This document shows positions 9,773-18,498 of a stretch of DNA of 64,000 bases, in pieces. Below the pieces are notes generated by a model. It saw only the letters and a list, made by a program, of their open reading frames with translations, did no database searches and was not told where the DNA came from. Position 1 is the first letter of the stretch. The number at the start of each line of letters is the position of its first letter. The position numbers were made by a program, and so were the translations under genes. The stretch lies in the IMG/VR virus record IMGVR_UViG_3300035701_000016, positions 11,104 to 75,103 of that record, one strand, 5' to 3'. Origin of the DNA: a virus.

Positions 9773-11194
9773 ACCAAAGCTTATCGTTTTAGACCACTCT
9801 CTGTGAACTTGATTCATGTCATAACCACAATCACCCCAGACCTTCAATGCAATTTCCAGATGGACATCTTTACCTGCCAACAAAGCATCCAACATGAAGG
9901 GATCTCTGGATAGAACTCCAAACATTCTCATTTCCATCTGCTTGTAATCTATGCTTAGGAATAGCATACCCTTTCTTGGGATGATAGCCTTTCTCATGTT
10001 ATACTCATCGGTTCTTTTCACCGAGCCGGTATATACTGATTGAGTAAACCTACCGCGAACATTAGAGGCTACATTCTGCAGATTTGGTTTGGAGGAACTT
10101 AGTCTACCGGTTCTTGTACCGGTGATATTGAAGCTGGTATGCAATACTTCATCGTCATCTATCTGATCTAACCATTTGAGATAATTACGTCTCAACTTAT
10201 CCGCTTCTCTTAGTGCAGATATCAATTCACCAAGGGGATGATGGATTTTTTCGGTGAGAATAAATGTAGCTGTGCAAGTTGACTTATACTTGCCAGCATC
10301 AGCAAATCTTGATCTATCCACACCATCTGCATCAGCAAATGGATTCTTGGGTTTGGGAATTCCTAGACCTGCATAGATTGCGTTACTAAGTTGCTGAGGA
10401 CTACGCCAGTTGAACTCGTTACCGCACGAATCCCATAGGGTTTCCTCCATGGTTTGAATATGTTCATGCAATCTGTGCTCAGCCCAATCTGTAAAATCTA
10501 CGTCGAGACTAACTCCATGTTCCTCTGCATCGTACAGAGTTTTTATGTAGTTCATATCCTTCCAGAATAAATCTTCCAAACCTATTTTGCATAAGGTGGG
10601 AAAAAGTTTTTCGGCAAGTTGATAGGTGACCATACAGTCATTGGCGCAGTACGCACTTACTAGATGAAGAGGCCAGTCCCATATTTTGGTTCTTGCAGGT
10701 CCTTGATCAACAAAAGATCTCTTGGATGACGATCCCAGAAATCTTGTTTCAGCATCTTTCAGATTCTTCTTATATCTACTGTCTAACAGATGGATCATAA
10801 CGGTAGTATCCATTATAGTCCAGCCACCCGCACGAGGATCCATCTTCATGAAGTGAAGATCGAATTTGGAATTGTGCATGAGTATGGTGGTATCAGATGA
10901 TAGACTGTTTACTGCATTGATTACATCTATTCTGTCTTTGTCATCAAGAGTGGGAATATATCCTATCTTACCGTTGGATTTGCAGAAGAATCCAACTCCT
11001 ATGATGTGATTTTGCCACGGATTGAGTCCCGTGGTTTCCGTATCCAGTGCAACCATTCTACCCTCACAGGACATCAAATCCTGGATGGTAGCAATATAAT
11101 TATGATCTACGCTTAGAACAGGATAATCGTCATCCTGTATTCGAGCCAGCTGAGTTATCGGGACAATTTCGTCCATCTGTAGTTTCCTCCACAT
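9773..11194 (-). CDS. polA: family A DNA polymerase, exon 1 (3'-5' exonuclease + N-terminal polymerase)
   Basis: LDTETTG, HNSKFD, YCAND; TRTGRLSSSKPNLQN; motif A IDYKQMEMR; motif B start REWSKTISFG. Confidence 0.92.
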
Positions 11195-11618
11195 GAGTTA
11201 TTATGACATCCACCTGAACTAATTTTGTTTCATGAAGTTCTATCTCACGACCACAATTTTCACAGGTGAATTGATGAAGTTTTCCTCCGCATATTATATG
11301 CTCGGAATCGCAATACCTACATTTCAAAACAATCATTATTTCGTCATCCTTTCTTAATCTGACATTATTCTTCAGCAGATTGTAGCTCATTTGCAACATT
11401 TTGACGGTCCATCCTAACTCATAATTTTCACGAGTATAGTCAGACAGTGCTTCTCTAACATTACCTATGGCGGATTCCAATTCTTTTATTTCCGTTTCTT
11501 TTCTATCAACCATATATATCAGATCTTGATAGGATTTTATAGCAGACTCAGGAATTTCTCTTCCGTCTGCCATCAATGCACAAGTATCGTGTATTGCTTC
11601 CTTCAGGTTTTCTTTCAT
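11130..11618 (-). CDS. coiled-coil protein with C-terminal zinc ribbon
   Basis: Heptad-like middle region; CRYC...CENC. Confidence 0.6.
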   Translation of the reverse strand: MKENLKEAIHDTCALMADGREIPESAIKSYQDLIYMVDRKETEIKELESAIGNVREALSDYTRENYELGWTVKMLQMSYNLLKNNVRLRKDDEIMIVLKCRYCDSEHIICGGKLHQFTCENCGREIELHETKLVQVDVIITHVEETTDGRNCPDNSAGSNTG

Positions 11619-12364
11619 TTCTTATTCTTCCATATACAGGGACGATCTGTTCTTGAATGATATCCACAATCCTCACCTCTTTCAAAAGGAGCTTCCAATA
11701 AGACTACACCGTATTGATTGGTCAGTAGATCTTTTATTTTTTTCATCACTACCTGCCACTCTCCTCTTTGGGCTTCGCAGCACATACGTTGAGCATACAT
11801 TCTTTGAAGTGTGCTGAGAGCTGCTCCAAAGAATACACTGGTCATAATATTGGTAGGAAGAATTCCTCTTGCCTCTTCAGATGAAACTCCTGCGTATAGC
11901 AATTCTTCATAGGCATCTATGGAGTCTATTACTGATTTTTTGTACTCTTCCAACCTTACCGGAATTGATGGGTCCAGGATTTCCTTCCCCACAAGAACTC
12001 TGTAGACATCTTTAGATCCCAGAAATCTCATAGATTGTTGTACGAAAGATGCTCCTACCCTAGTACGAACCAGTTGATGAGTAAATGCTCTGCTAACATT
12101 GGATATCAGGAATACGAAATACTGCATCTCGAATGGAGTTTGTAATTTCGTTGAGTTGAGATCCTTGATAGCCATAACAACTTCTTCGTCGGTAATATCG
12201 TCATTGGTGTAGATGCCACTATATCCACGAGTGACTTTACCGATGGTCTGTAGAGGTTGCATCGGTCCATCAATAAATTCAACGGTAGCACAAGGATTAG
12301 AATGAAGTTCAATGATGAACTTATGCTGTCCAACCTTCCATTTGATCTCCTCTATACAAGTCAT
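11615..12364 (-). CDS. thyX: ThyX-like flavin-dependent thymidylate synthase homologue (variant motif)
   Basis: TPFE, VSRAFTHQLVRTR-x8-SMR (RHR motif reads RTR), EEARGILP, R...AQ.EW. Confidence 0.8.
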   Translation of the reverse strand: MTCIEEIKWKVGQHKFIIELHSNPCATVEFIDGPMQPLQTIGKVTRGYSGIYTNDDITDEEVVMAIKDLNSTKLQTPFEMQYFVFLISNVSRAFTHQLVRTRVGASFVQQSMRFLGSKDVYRVLVGKEILDPSIPVRLEEYKKSVIDSIDAYEELLYAGVSSEEARGILPTNIMTSVFFGAALSTLQRMYAQRMCCEAQRGEWQVVMKKIKDLLTNQYGVVLLEAPFERGEDCGYHSRTDRPCIWKNKK

Positions 12365-12368
12365 AGTA

Positions 12369-12866
12369 TCATTCCTTATCTACGAATCTGAAGTTTGAAA
12401 TATGTCCAAGAGTTACGTTATCTCTTCTGCACGACATGGAGATGGCGGTACAACTTACTCCAGTAATAATTGAGGCTTCCTTTACAGATTCGAATATAAT
12501 TCCGGTATTCATGTCAAGAACTCTCTTTGCTCTGTTAGATTTCTTTCCAAGATGAGAAATACTCATTCTTTCTCTTGAGTCATCTGATATAATTTTTCCT
12601 ACCAACTCATTTCTTGTTTTTAAGGAATGATTAAAAGATATGAATCCTCCACTCTGAAGATTGAATCCATTCGGATGGAGTGAATTGTATTTTAATATGT
12701 AGAGTCTTTCCATCTCATCAAGATGATCATAAAATCTTACATCCTTAGCTATTAGTATATTTCTCGATAGAAGAGTATGAATTCTATTGCTCAATTTTGC
12801 TTGAGTTTGACCGATGTAAGACTTTCCTGTGCTAGTATTGTAGAATCTATATATTATTCTAGTCAT
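12369..12866 (-). CDS. GIY-YIG homing endonuclease with NUMOD3/NUMOD1-like motifs
   Basis: IIYRFYNTSTGKSYIGQT, E..YI..YNS..PNGFN, SRERMSISHLGK, RVLDMNTGIIFESVKEAS. Confidence 0.8.
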   Translation of the reverse strand: MTRIIYRFYNTSTGKSYIGQTQAKLSNRIHTLLSRNILIAKDVRFYDHLDEMERLYILKYNSLHPNGFNLQSGGFISFNHSLKTRNELVGKIISDDSRERMSISHLGKKSNRAKRVLDMNTGIIFESVKEASIITGVSCTAISMSCRRDNVTLGHISNFRFVDKE

Positions 12867-13648
12867 AATGTTCTTCCCCTACTGTCACTATATCCCAGAA
12901 CTTTTCCAAATCTTTTGATCGGATATTGTATCATTTTATTCCAATCATATCGGGTCGTGAAGGTTCTATTGGAACTTCCCATCGTTATTGAAGTGACGAT
13001 ATCACCATGAAGACTGGCAAACTCTACCAAAGCTTCATATAATCTTTCATCTCTACCGGACTTTTCTTGACCACCATCTGAGTTACCAGTACGAGCAATA
13101 AATGGATTATGGGTCAAATTAATATCAATTTGAAGATTACCTATTGCATAACCCGACTTCCATAGTCTTGCTCCAAATTCCCTATCCTCCAGATATTCTA
13201 GAGTCCATGGACCTATTTCTGCCATGACTGCAGTACGAGCCGCCCAGAGCTGCGCTCCGCATGGAGAAAGAACAAAATTCTTAGTTGACTGTAATTTCTC
13301 TGACCAATGGAAATATGCTCGTGATGAGCTGGCAATTGTACCGAGAGTTTGATTGTCAACAACTTCCTTTACCATAGCCTCAACAATCTCAGGACGGTAA
13401 GCAAGATCATCATCACTTTGAATTATGATATCGAAGTCATGGACAATAGCATACTGAGCAATACAGTTTCTAGCCGGAACTAGACCATAATTTACATTTC
13501 GCTCCAGTATCTTAACCTTGCTGGAGTTAGCATGAACTTCAGCACCCTGCGATACCACGATAACTTCATCGCAAACTTCAGCAAGAACGTCAGCAATCTT
13601 ACCGGATGTGTTACGCAGTCTGGTCGGTATACCGCCTAGAATTCTCAT
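12863..13648 (-). CDS. GT-A fold glycosyltransferase (candidate DNA base glycosyltransferase)
   Basis: IPTR..., GLVPARN, IIQSDDD (DxD), LEDREF; lies in the nucleotide-metabolism block. Confidence 0.75.
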   Translation of the reverse strand: MRILGGIPTRLRNTSGKIADVLAEVCDEVIVVSQGAEVHANSSKVKILERNVNYGLVPARNCIAQYAIVHDFDIIIQSDDDLAYRPEIVEAMVKEVVDNQTLGTIASSSRAYFHWSEKLQSTKNFVLSPCGAQLWAARTAVMAEIGPWTLEYLEDREFGARLWKSGYAIGNLQIDINLTHNPFIARTGNSDGGQEKSGRDERLYEALVEFASLHGDIVTSITMGSSNRTFTTRYDWNKMIQYPIKRFGKVLGYSDSRGRTL

Positions 13649-13938
13649 TCACGATCCTTTCCCAACCAGTTTTCTTCTTCCATCATCATGAGAGCAATAT
13701 TCGCATAATTATGCACATCCACGAATAGATTTCGTAAACTCTTAGGATCAGCACCCTTACCGCCATCTCCGGTAGATAATACCATCTGCCTCAGTCTGGC
13801 TATTGCTCCTACTAACTCTACGCTGGCTCCTAGAACACCAGTCTCAACTATAGCATCTCCATATTCCTGATTCTTCTTGACGAATACTGCTGTTGCTCTA
13901 CCGCATTCCATATTGAAGTGCATTCTTCTTTCGTCCAT
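13645..13938 (-). CDS. nucleotide-modification-associated all-alpha protein (DUF1599/Nmad1-like)
   Basis: KKNQEYGD...RL...DVHNYA pattern recalled for this family. Confidence 0.6.
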   Translation of the reverse strand: MDERRMHFNMECGRATAVFVKKNQEYGDAIVETGVLGASVELVGAIARLRQMVLSTGDGGKGADPKSLRNLFVDVHNYANIALMMMEEENWLGKDRE

Positions 13939-13940
13939 TT

Positions 13941-14876
13941 TTACTCCAGATATTTTTCCAGATCTATATCAGTGAATTTATTCACTATTTTCACATTGCC
14001 ATTCACAATGTTTTGATTATAGTTATGTCTTCTAACGAAAACTCTGAATCCTGAATTGGCTCCTCTGAGAATCAAACCAGGATCGTCCTCGAGAAGTATA
14101 ATCTTTTGATTGCTACCTTTTCTTAGTTTATCAGCTAACAATAATCTTGGTTCTGCTGTTATGATTAATTTATCTATACAAAGTTTGTTATCCTCTATCC
14201 ATTCCCATGTGTCAAGCCATATTCTCTTATACTTGTCCGCAGGTCTAGCGGTAACTGCTATGATATAGGCGTCCAAATCCTTCAAACTTTCCAAGAGAAG
14301 TGCTGCGTCAGGATATACCGGAATATTACGATATCCTCCACTTCGTTCAAATTCATCTTTAAGCTCATAATAGTCTGGGAATCTCATGGAAAGATCCGTG
14401 TCCATCGCCAAAGAAGTTTCGGGAATTTCGGTAAGAGCCGTAACTCCTTTGTTCATAATGAAATTCATGAAAGCCCATCTCCAGTTTCCAACAGTTCCAT
14501 CTAGATCAGTTATCACAACAGATCTATCTTTTGGAATCTCAGCAAATTCTTGATCATATCGTAATTTAAGAATGTCATTCTTTTGACCGACATAGAATAG
14601 TAAATCCTCTGCAGTGAAACCCCACAATTCCCACAGAGAAAAAGCGTATTTTGTCAGATCGGCCAACTCCATTGCCATGGAAACTTTGTCGAATCTTCTT
14701 GGAATATCAGATTTACGATGACGTTTCCAATTTATTTCCCGAAGAACCTCATCAACTTCTGCTATCATTCCTAGAAGATATTTTTCAGTCCAGTGATCCT
14801 TGTTCTCGAATCCTTTATTTCGTATTTCTTCATTGTACTCAATCTGCTCAGCAAAGATATCGTAGAGATTTTTCAT
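13941..14876 (-). CDS. MazG/dimeric dUTPase domain fused to HAD 5'-nucleotidase-like domain
   Basis: EVDEVLREINWKRH...ELAD; then DLDGTV (HAD motif I), VTAR, LEDD. Confidence 0.8.
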   Translation of the reverse strand: MKNLYDIFAEQIEYNEEIRNKGFENKDHWTEKYLLGMIAEVDEVLREINWKRHRKSDIPRRFDKVSMAMELADLTKYAFSLWELWGFTAEDLLFYVGQKNDILKLRYDQEFAEIPKDRSVVITDLDGTVGNWRWAFMNFIMNKGVTALTEIPETSLAMDTDLSMRFPDYYELKDEFERSGGYRNIPVYPDAALLLESLKDLDAYIIAVTARPADKYKRIWLDTWEWIEDNKLCIDKLIITAEPRLLLADKLRKGSNQKIILLEDDPGLILRGANSGFRVFVRRHNYNQNIVNGNVKIVNKFTDIDLEKYLE

Positions 14877-15709
14877 AATTCCCTCAATATTTCTTCTACC
14901 AGATAATAGGTATCATGAGCCAACACGGTACGATCAAACCTACCAAGTCTTCCTATAGGAATGATATTATAGGCAAGATATGGAACAGTATATGTAAGAT
15001 TGGTAGGTTTAAGATCATCTATGTATACTACATTGTCATGTTTAGAAAATTTATTAGTTTTAGCATCCAAATCTTTAGAGTCCATATAGTGAGCTGAATA
15101 TTCTGTAGATTTCTTTCCGAAGAGATAGGATACCCTTACCACCATATCCTTTTCCCTACCGTTATAGATCACACGATTACCCTGTTTGACATCATAGGTT
15201 GATACTGATACGGGAATCTTCGCCATCATATATCCCAAATGTTTTCTACCTAATTCAGAAGGAAAAGAATGAAATACCAACTCAGCTTGTTTCGATCTAG
15301 TTATTATTTCCTTATCCGTTAAGTTACCACAAGGAAAGTGTTCGAAATCGCATTTGGACAGAATGTAGGGAATGGTATGTTGAGGATTGTAACCATATTC
15401 TACATGCTCATATTCTGGAAATGATGACTTATATCCCCTAGGAAATTCTCCCCACTGTTTCTTGATGTAATTTTCTCTTTCCCCTACTCTGGTTACAACT
15501 ATTCTTTCCTGTTTTGATCCCTCAGCGAATCTTTCAGGTATTGAATGAAGCCACATGGCTCCGGGATTTAGATTGATACCAGAGGACAGAACGGTAGGAA
15601 CTATACCGTAATCATTACAAGCGACTATGGCATATACAGCAGACGGACCGCCTCCAATTATGGTTACTCTTTTGAGGGGCATAATAAATCCTTTTTCCAG
15701 GTTTTCCAA
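14873..15709 (-). CDS. FAD-dependent oxidoreductase, UDP-galactopyranose-mutase-like ends
   Basis: N-terminal VTIIGGGPSA dinucleotide-binding motif, GAMWLH, C-terminal IGRLGRF. Confidence 0.65.
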   Translation of the reverse strand: MENLEKGFIMPLKRVTIIGGGPSAVYAIVACNDYGIVPTVLSSGINLNPGAMWLHSIPERFAEGSKQERIVVTRVGERENYIKKQWGEFPRGYKSSFPEYEHVEYGYNPQHTIPYILSKCDFEHFPCGNLTDKEIITRSKQAELVFHSFPSELGRKHLGYMMAKIPVSVSTYDVKQGNRVIYNGREKDMVVRVSYLFGKKSTEYSAHYMDSKDLDAKTNKFSKHDNVVYIDDLKPTNLTYTVPYLAYNIIPIGRLGRFDRTVLAHDTYYLVEEILREL

Positions 15710-16080
15710 ATATAATATCGTAATAAAAGATAGGCATCAGATTCATGAACGGTAGAGGCCTCTTTGAAACTCCATTCTCTTGCCTTAGCCACAGGTTTCC
15801 ATTCAGAGGGAGCAACATATTTGAACTCAACACCTAGAACAGATATACTTATCAATATAGTTCTTTCAATAAGAACCATATCCTGACTTTTTTCTGCGGG
15901 AAGTCTCTCAAGAATTGCCAAATCACAGATAGTCAGTTCATCCGGAACTTTGAGTTCATGAGCTTTAACCGTTCTATGCGAGATGATATTTCCCGGATAG
16001 AAATATTCAAGATCCTCCGGAAATATTTCCGCACTTACTATTCCTGTTAACCATCCGGTATCAAACGCTACAATATTCAT
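15664..16080 (-). CDS. RuvC-like Holliday junction resolvase
   Basis: MNIVAFDTG..TG, AILE, PSEWK, HESDA. Confidence 0.7.
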   Translation of the reverse strand: MNIVAFDTGWLTGIVSAEIFPEDLEYFYPGNIISHRTVKAHELKVPDELTICDLAILERLPAEKSQDMVLIERTILISISVLGVEFKYVAPSEWKPVAKAREWSFKEASTVHESDAYLLLRYYIWKTWKKDLLCPSKE

Positions 16081-16093
16081 ATCTACTCCAACG

Positions 16094-16127
16094 ACTTTAG
16101 TCCCCATATTGCTATGGGGACTAAAGT
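16094..16127 (-). terminator. intergenic stem-loop after SSB gene
   Basis: Perfect 15-bp stem ACTTTAGTCCCCATA/TATGGGGACTAAAGT with GCAA loop on the minus strand. Confidence 0.6.
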
Positions 16128-16145
16128 AGTGTATTGAATACTATA

Positions 16146-16589
16146 CTAACCGCTGAAGGTTACTTTTCCTGGCTTGGAAGCATCAGCAGGAATACCAGTG
16201 TTTCCACCAGAAAGAGCAGGCTTCTGGGGAGCTTGAGCTCCTGGAGCAAGATAGCGATTGATTTCTGATCGTTCAGTTCCTTCGAACTGACCGGTGGTAA
16301 CTACTCCTCGGAAGGTTGATCCGACGAACTTCTCACAACTCCACTCACCCTTGCGGGGCGCACCGATCGCGTCGAGAAGAGCATCAACCTTGAATCTTGC
16401 CTGGGGAGTAAGAGATACAAACATGGTAATTGTTCTTCCCTGATCCTCACCTGCATCCTGGCAAGTGGCGGTAAGAACATACATCTCGTTACCTGTTCCG
16501 CTCAACTGCTCCTTGGAGGCTGTAATCTTGAAGGTATGAGTTCCTTCTGATACCAAACCTGACGTTCTATTGAGATCTAACTTAGGCAT
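16146..16589 (-). CDS. single-stranded DNA-binding protein (DUF669-like)
   Basis: EGTHTFKI...SGTGNEM pattern; follows AAA ATPase and nuclease in typical synteny. Confidence 0.7.
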   Translation of the reverse strand: MPKLDLNRTSGLVSEGTHTFKITASKEQLSGTGNEMYVLTATCQDAGEDQGRTITMFVSLTPQARFKVDALLDAIGAPRKGEWSCEKFVGSTFRGVVTTGQFEGTERSEINRYLAPGAQAPQKPALSGGNTGIPADASKPGKVTFSG

Positions 16590-16592
16590 AGT

Positions 16593-17342
16593 CTAACTCC
16601 TTATAGATGACTGACTCCAATACTTGTAGAGTTCCTCATAAGTCGGATCCTCTACGATTGGTGGAAGTAACCAAGAACGATCCTTGGTCACGTGGTTCAC
16701 TGCATCAAATGTCATAAATCTTGTCTTGCTGTTGTTTCCTCCTTCCGAACTATCCTTCTTGTCAAGATAGCCAATTTCATCCATCATTCGACTCAGATTA
16801 CGAGCTGTCTGCTTACCTGTGAGTTGAGGTTGTACGGGATCAGTTTCGTATGCTCTGGGAGCAACCTGAGCAATTAAGATGACATTCAAGGGAAGACTCT
16901 TCAAATCTCTTATCTTCTTCTCAAAGTCATCCATCATCTTCCCATAATCGGCCAAAGCTGGTAAACTATCATATGGTCTTCTAACCTGGAAGGTATTCAC
17001 CACATGTCTCATGGTAAGATACTGTAACTCATTAAGAGAATCCAACACAACAGTTTTAAACGGATGCTGTCCTGACATCAACCAATCTAAAGACTGAAGA
17101 AGAGATTCCCAAGAATCTATATCCAATCTGTGTACTGTTCTTCTTACCGAGGCCATACCATGATCTATATCCAGAAATACAGGCGTAGGCCATGTTGATG
17201 CGAATACTGTTTTACCCACACCACTTTCTCCATACACTAGGAATTTAACTTGCTCAGGATTGAATTTTCCTTCCATAACTGAGAACTTCTCTTCCAGAGA
17301 AACTGGAATTTCAAACGGATCCATCATATTAGGTTCTGCCAT
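16593..17342 (-). CDS. AAA_24/Sak4-like ATPase
   Basis: LVYGESGVGKT, LDID.G, TVVLDS, TKDR. Confidence 0.85.
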   Translation of the reverse strand: MAEPNMMDPFEIPVSLEEKFSVMEGKFNPEQVKFLVYGESGVGKTVFASTWPTPVFLDIDHGMASVRRTVHRLDIDSWESLLQSLDWLMSGQHPFKTVVLDSLNELQYLTMRHVVNTFQVRRPYDSLPALADYGKMMDDFEKKIRDLKSLPLNVILIAQVAPRAYETDPVQPQLTGKQTARNLSRMMDEIGYLDKKDSSEGGNNSKTRFMTFDAVNHVTKDRSWLLPPIVEDPTYEELYKYWSQSSIRS

Positions 17343-17344
17343 AG

Positions 17345-18187
17345 TTACTCCTCTGCCTTCTCTTGAATAGGCTCTTCCACTCTAGGAATTATTGGAAACT
17401 GCCTCAAAACAGGTTCCGGATTACCGTCATCATTTATTGCCAGACACGCTCCGTAGAAGGGACAATCCCAACTGCAATCCTTGGTTTCGTTACGGTAGAT
17501 GAAACCTCCATTGGTATGAAAGTTTGCCATTTCAGTAACCTGATTGGCTACTTCTCTTTCTATAGCAACCAGACCCTCTTGATTGCGATATACCTTGGTT
17601 CTCACTACCGGCTCTGTTGCAGCTATCCCACCTTCAGCAACCCTGATTACATTGAACAAAACTCCCCTGACGTCTATTCCCAACTTGTAGGCTGCCAACA
17701 GATACAGGCTCATTTGGGGATCCAGATCTATATGACCCAGGGAGACACGTTTATTGAACTTATGTTCCATAAGCCACAATGACTCGCCTACTCTGACGAC
17801 ACCATCAATGTAGCCTATGACTCGTTGACCACCGATTTCAACTTCGAATTTCTGCTCGAGAGATATAATCTCTTCAATACTCTCGTGCATCCTTGCCCAG
17901 TCAAAGTATCTTCGAATGATCAGCTCGGTAAGTTCCCAGTAATCGGAACAATCGTCTCCCGTATTTATTTCGTACTGATTGTAAACCTCAGCAGCAGATT
18001 TCATGGCAAGTTCGTCTGCTTCCTCGGTACAACCATTCCCGTACCAGGTCGCCAAAGCCGCATGACCGGCTGATCCACGATTCTGTCCAGGTCCTGAGAA
18101 GGGTGCATAGTTATCTACATACTGAAGCTTGTACTTATATCTGCAACGTCTCCATGTGTACATGGAAGAGTGCGAGAATGCTCTCAT
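17345..18187 (-). CDS. PD-(D/E)XK exonuclease (Cas4/AddB-like, probable Fe-S)
   Basis: SHSS...C near N terminus, GSAGH, GYIDG...MEHK, Q..LY, CSWDCPFYGAC. Confidence 0.85.
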   Translation of the reverse strand: MRAFSHSSMYTWRRCRYKYKLQYVDNYAPFSGPGQNRGSAGHAALATWYGNGCTEEADELAMKSAAEVYNQYEINTGDDCSDYWELTELIIRRYFDWARMHESIEEIISLEQKFEVEIGGQRVIGYIDGVVRVGESLWLMEHKFNKRVSLGHIDLDPQMSLYLLAAYKLGIDVRGVLFNVIRVAEGGIAATEPVVRTKVYRNQEGLVAIEREVANQVTEMANFHTNGGFIYRNETKDCSWDCPFYGACLAINDDGNPEPVLRQFPIIPRVEEPIQEKAEE

Positions 18188-18498
18188 TAGATATTCTCCA
18201 ATTCTATAAATTGATATTTTTCGTTACCGTATATTCCTACGGTTACTCCAATACTAGGAAACATTTTTCCAAGAACTACTCCGGTTACGAATGATACCAC
18301 AACTTTTCCCATAGGAATTATGGCATCACATGCCGGATCAAAGTCAGCTAAGGACTTGACTATAGTTTCCTCTATATCCTCAGATCTTTCGTCCCCTCTG
18401 GTTATCAACTTAATCTCTGACGTATGCTGTTTCAACTTTGACACGTCATGAGAAGGGTCGATCACAAATATTCTTCTGAACTGATCTACTCTATCCAT
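18187..18498 (-). CDS. hypothetical protein
   Basis: Coupled to neighbours; AGGAGG Shine-Dalgarno. Confidence 0.65.
   Translation of the reverse strand: MDRVDQFRRIFVIDPSHDVSKLKQHTSEIKLITRGDERSEDIEETIVKSLADFDPACDAIIPMGKVVVSFVTGVVLGKMFPSIGVTVGIYGNEKYQFIELENI

Noticed and set aside
8401-11194. Polymerase as a split gene or pseudogene
   Set aside because: Explained by a group I intron with exact in-frame splicing
12369-12866. GIY-YIG gene as a second intron
   Set aside because: Both flanking genes look complete and there is no room for intron core elements
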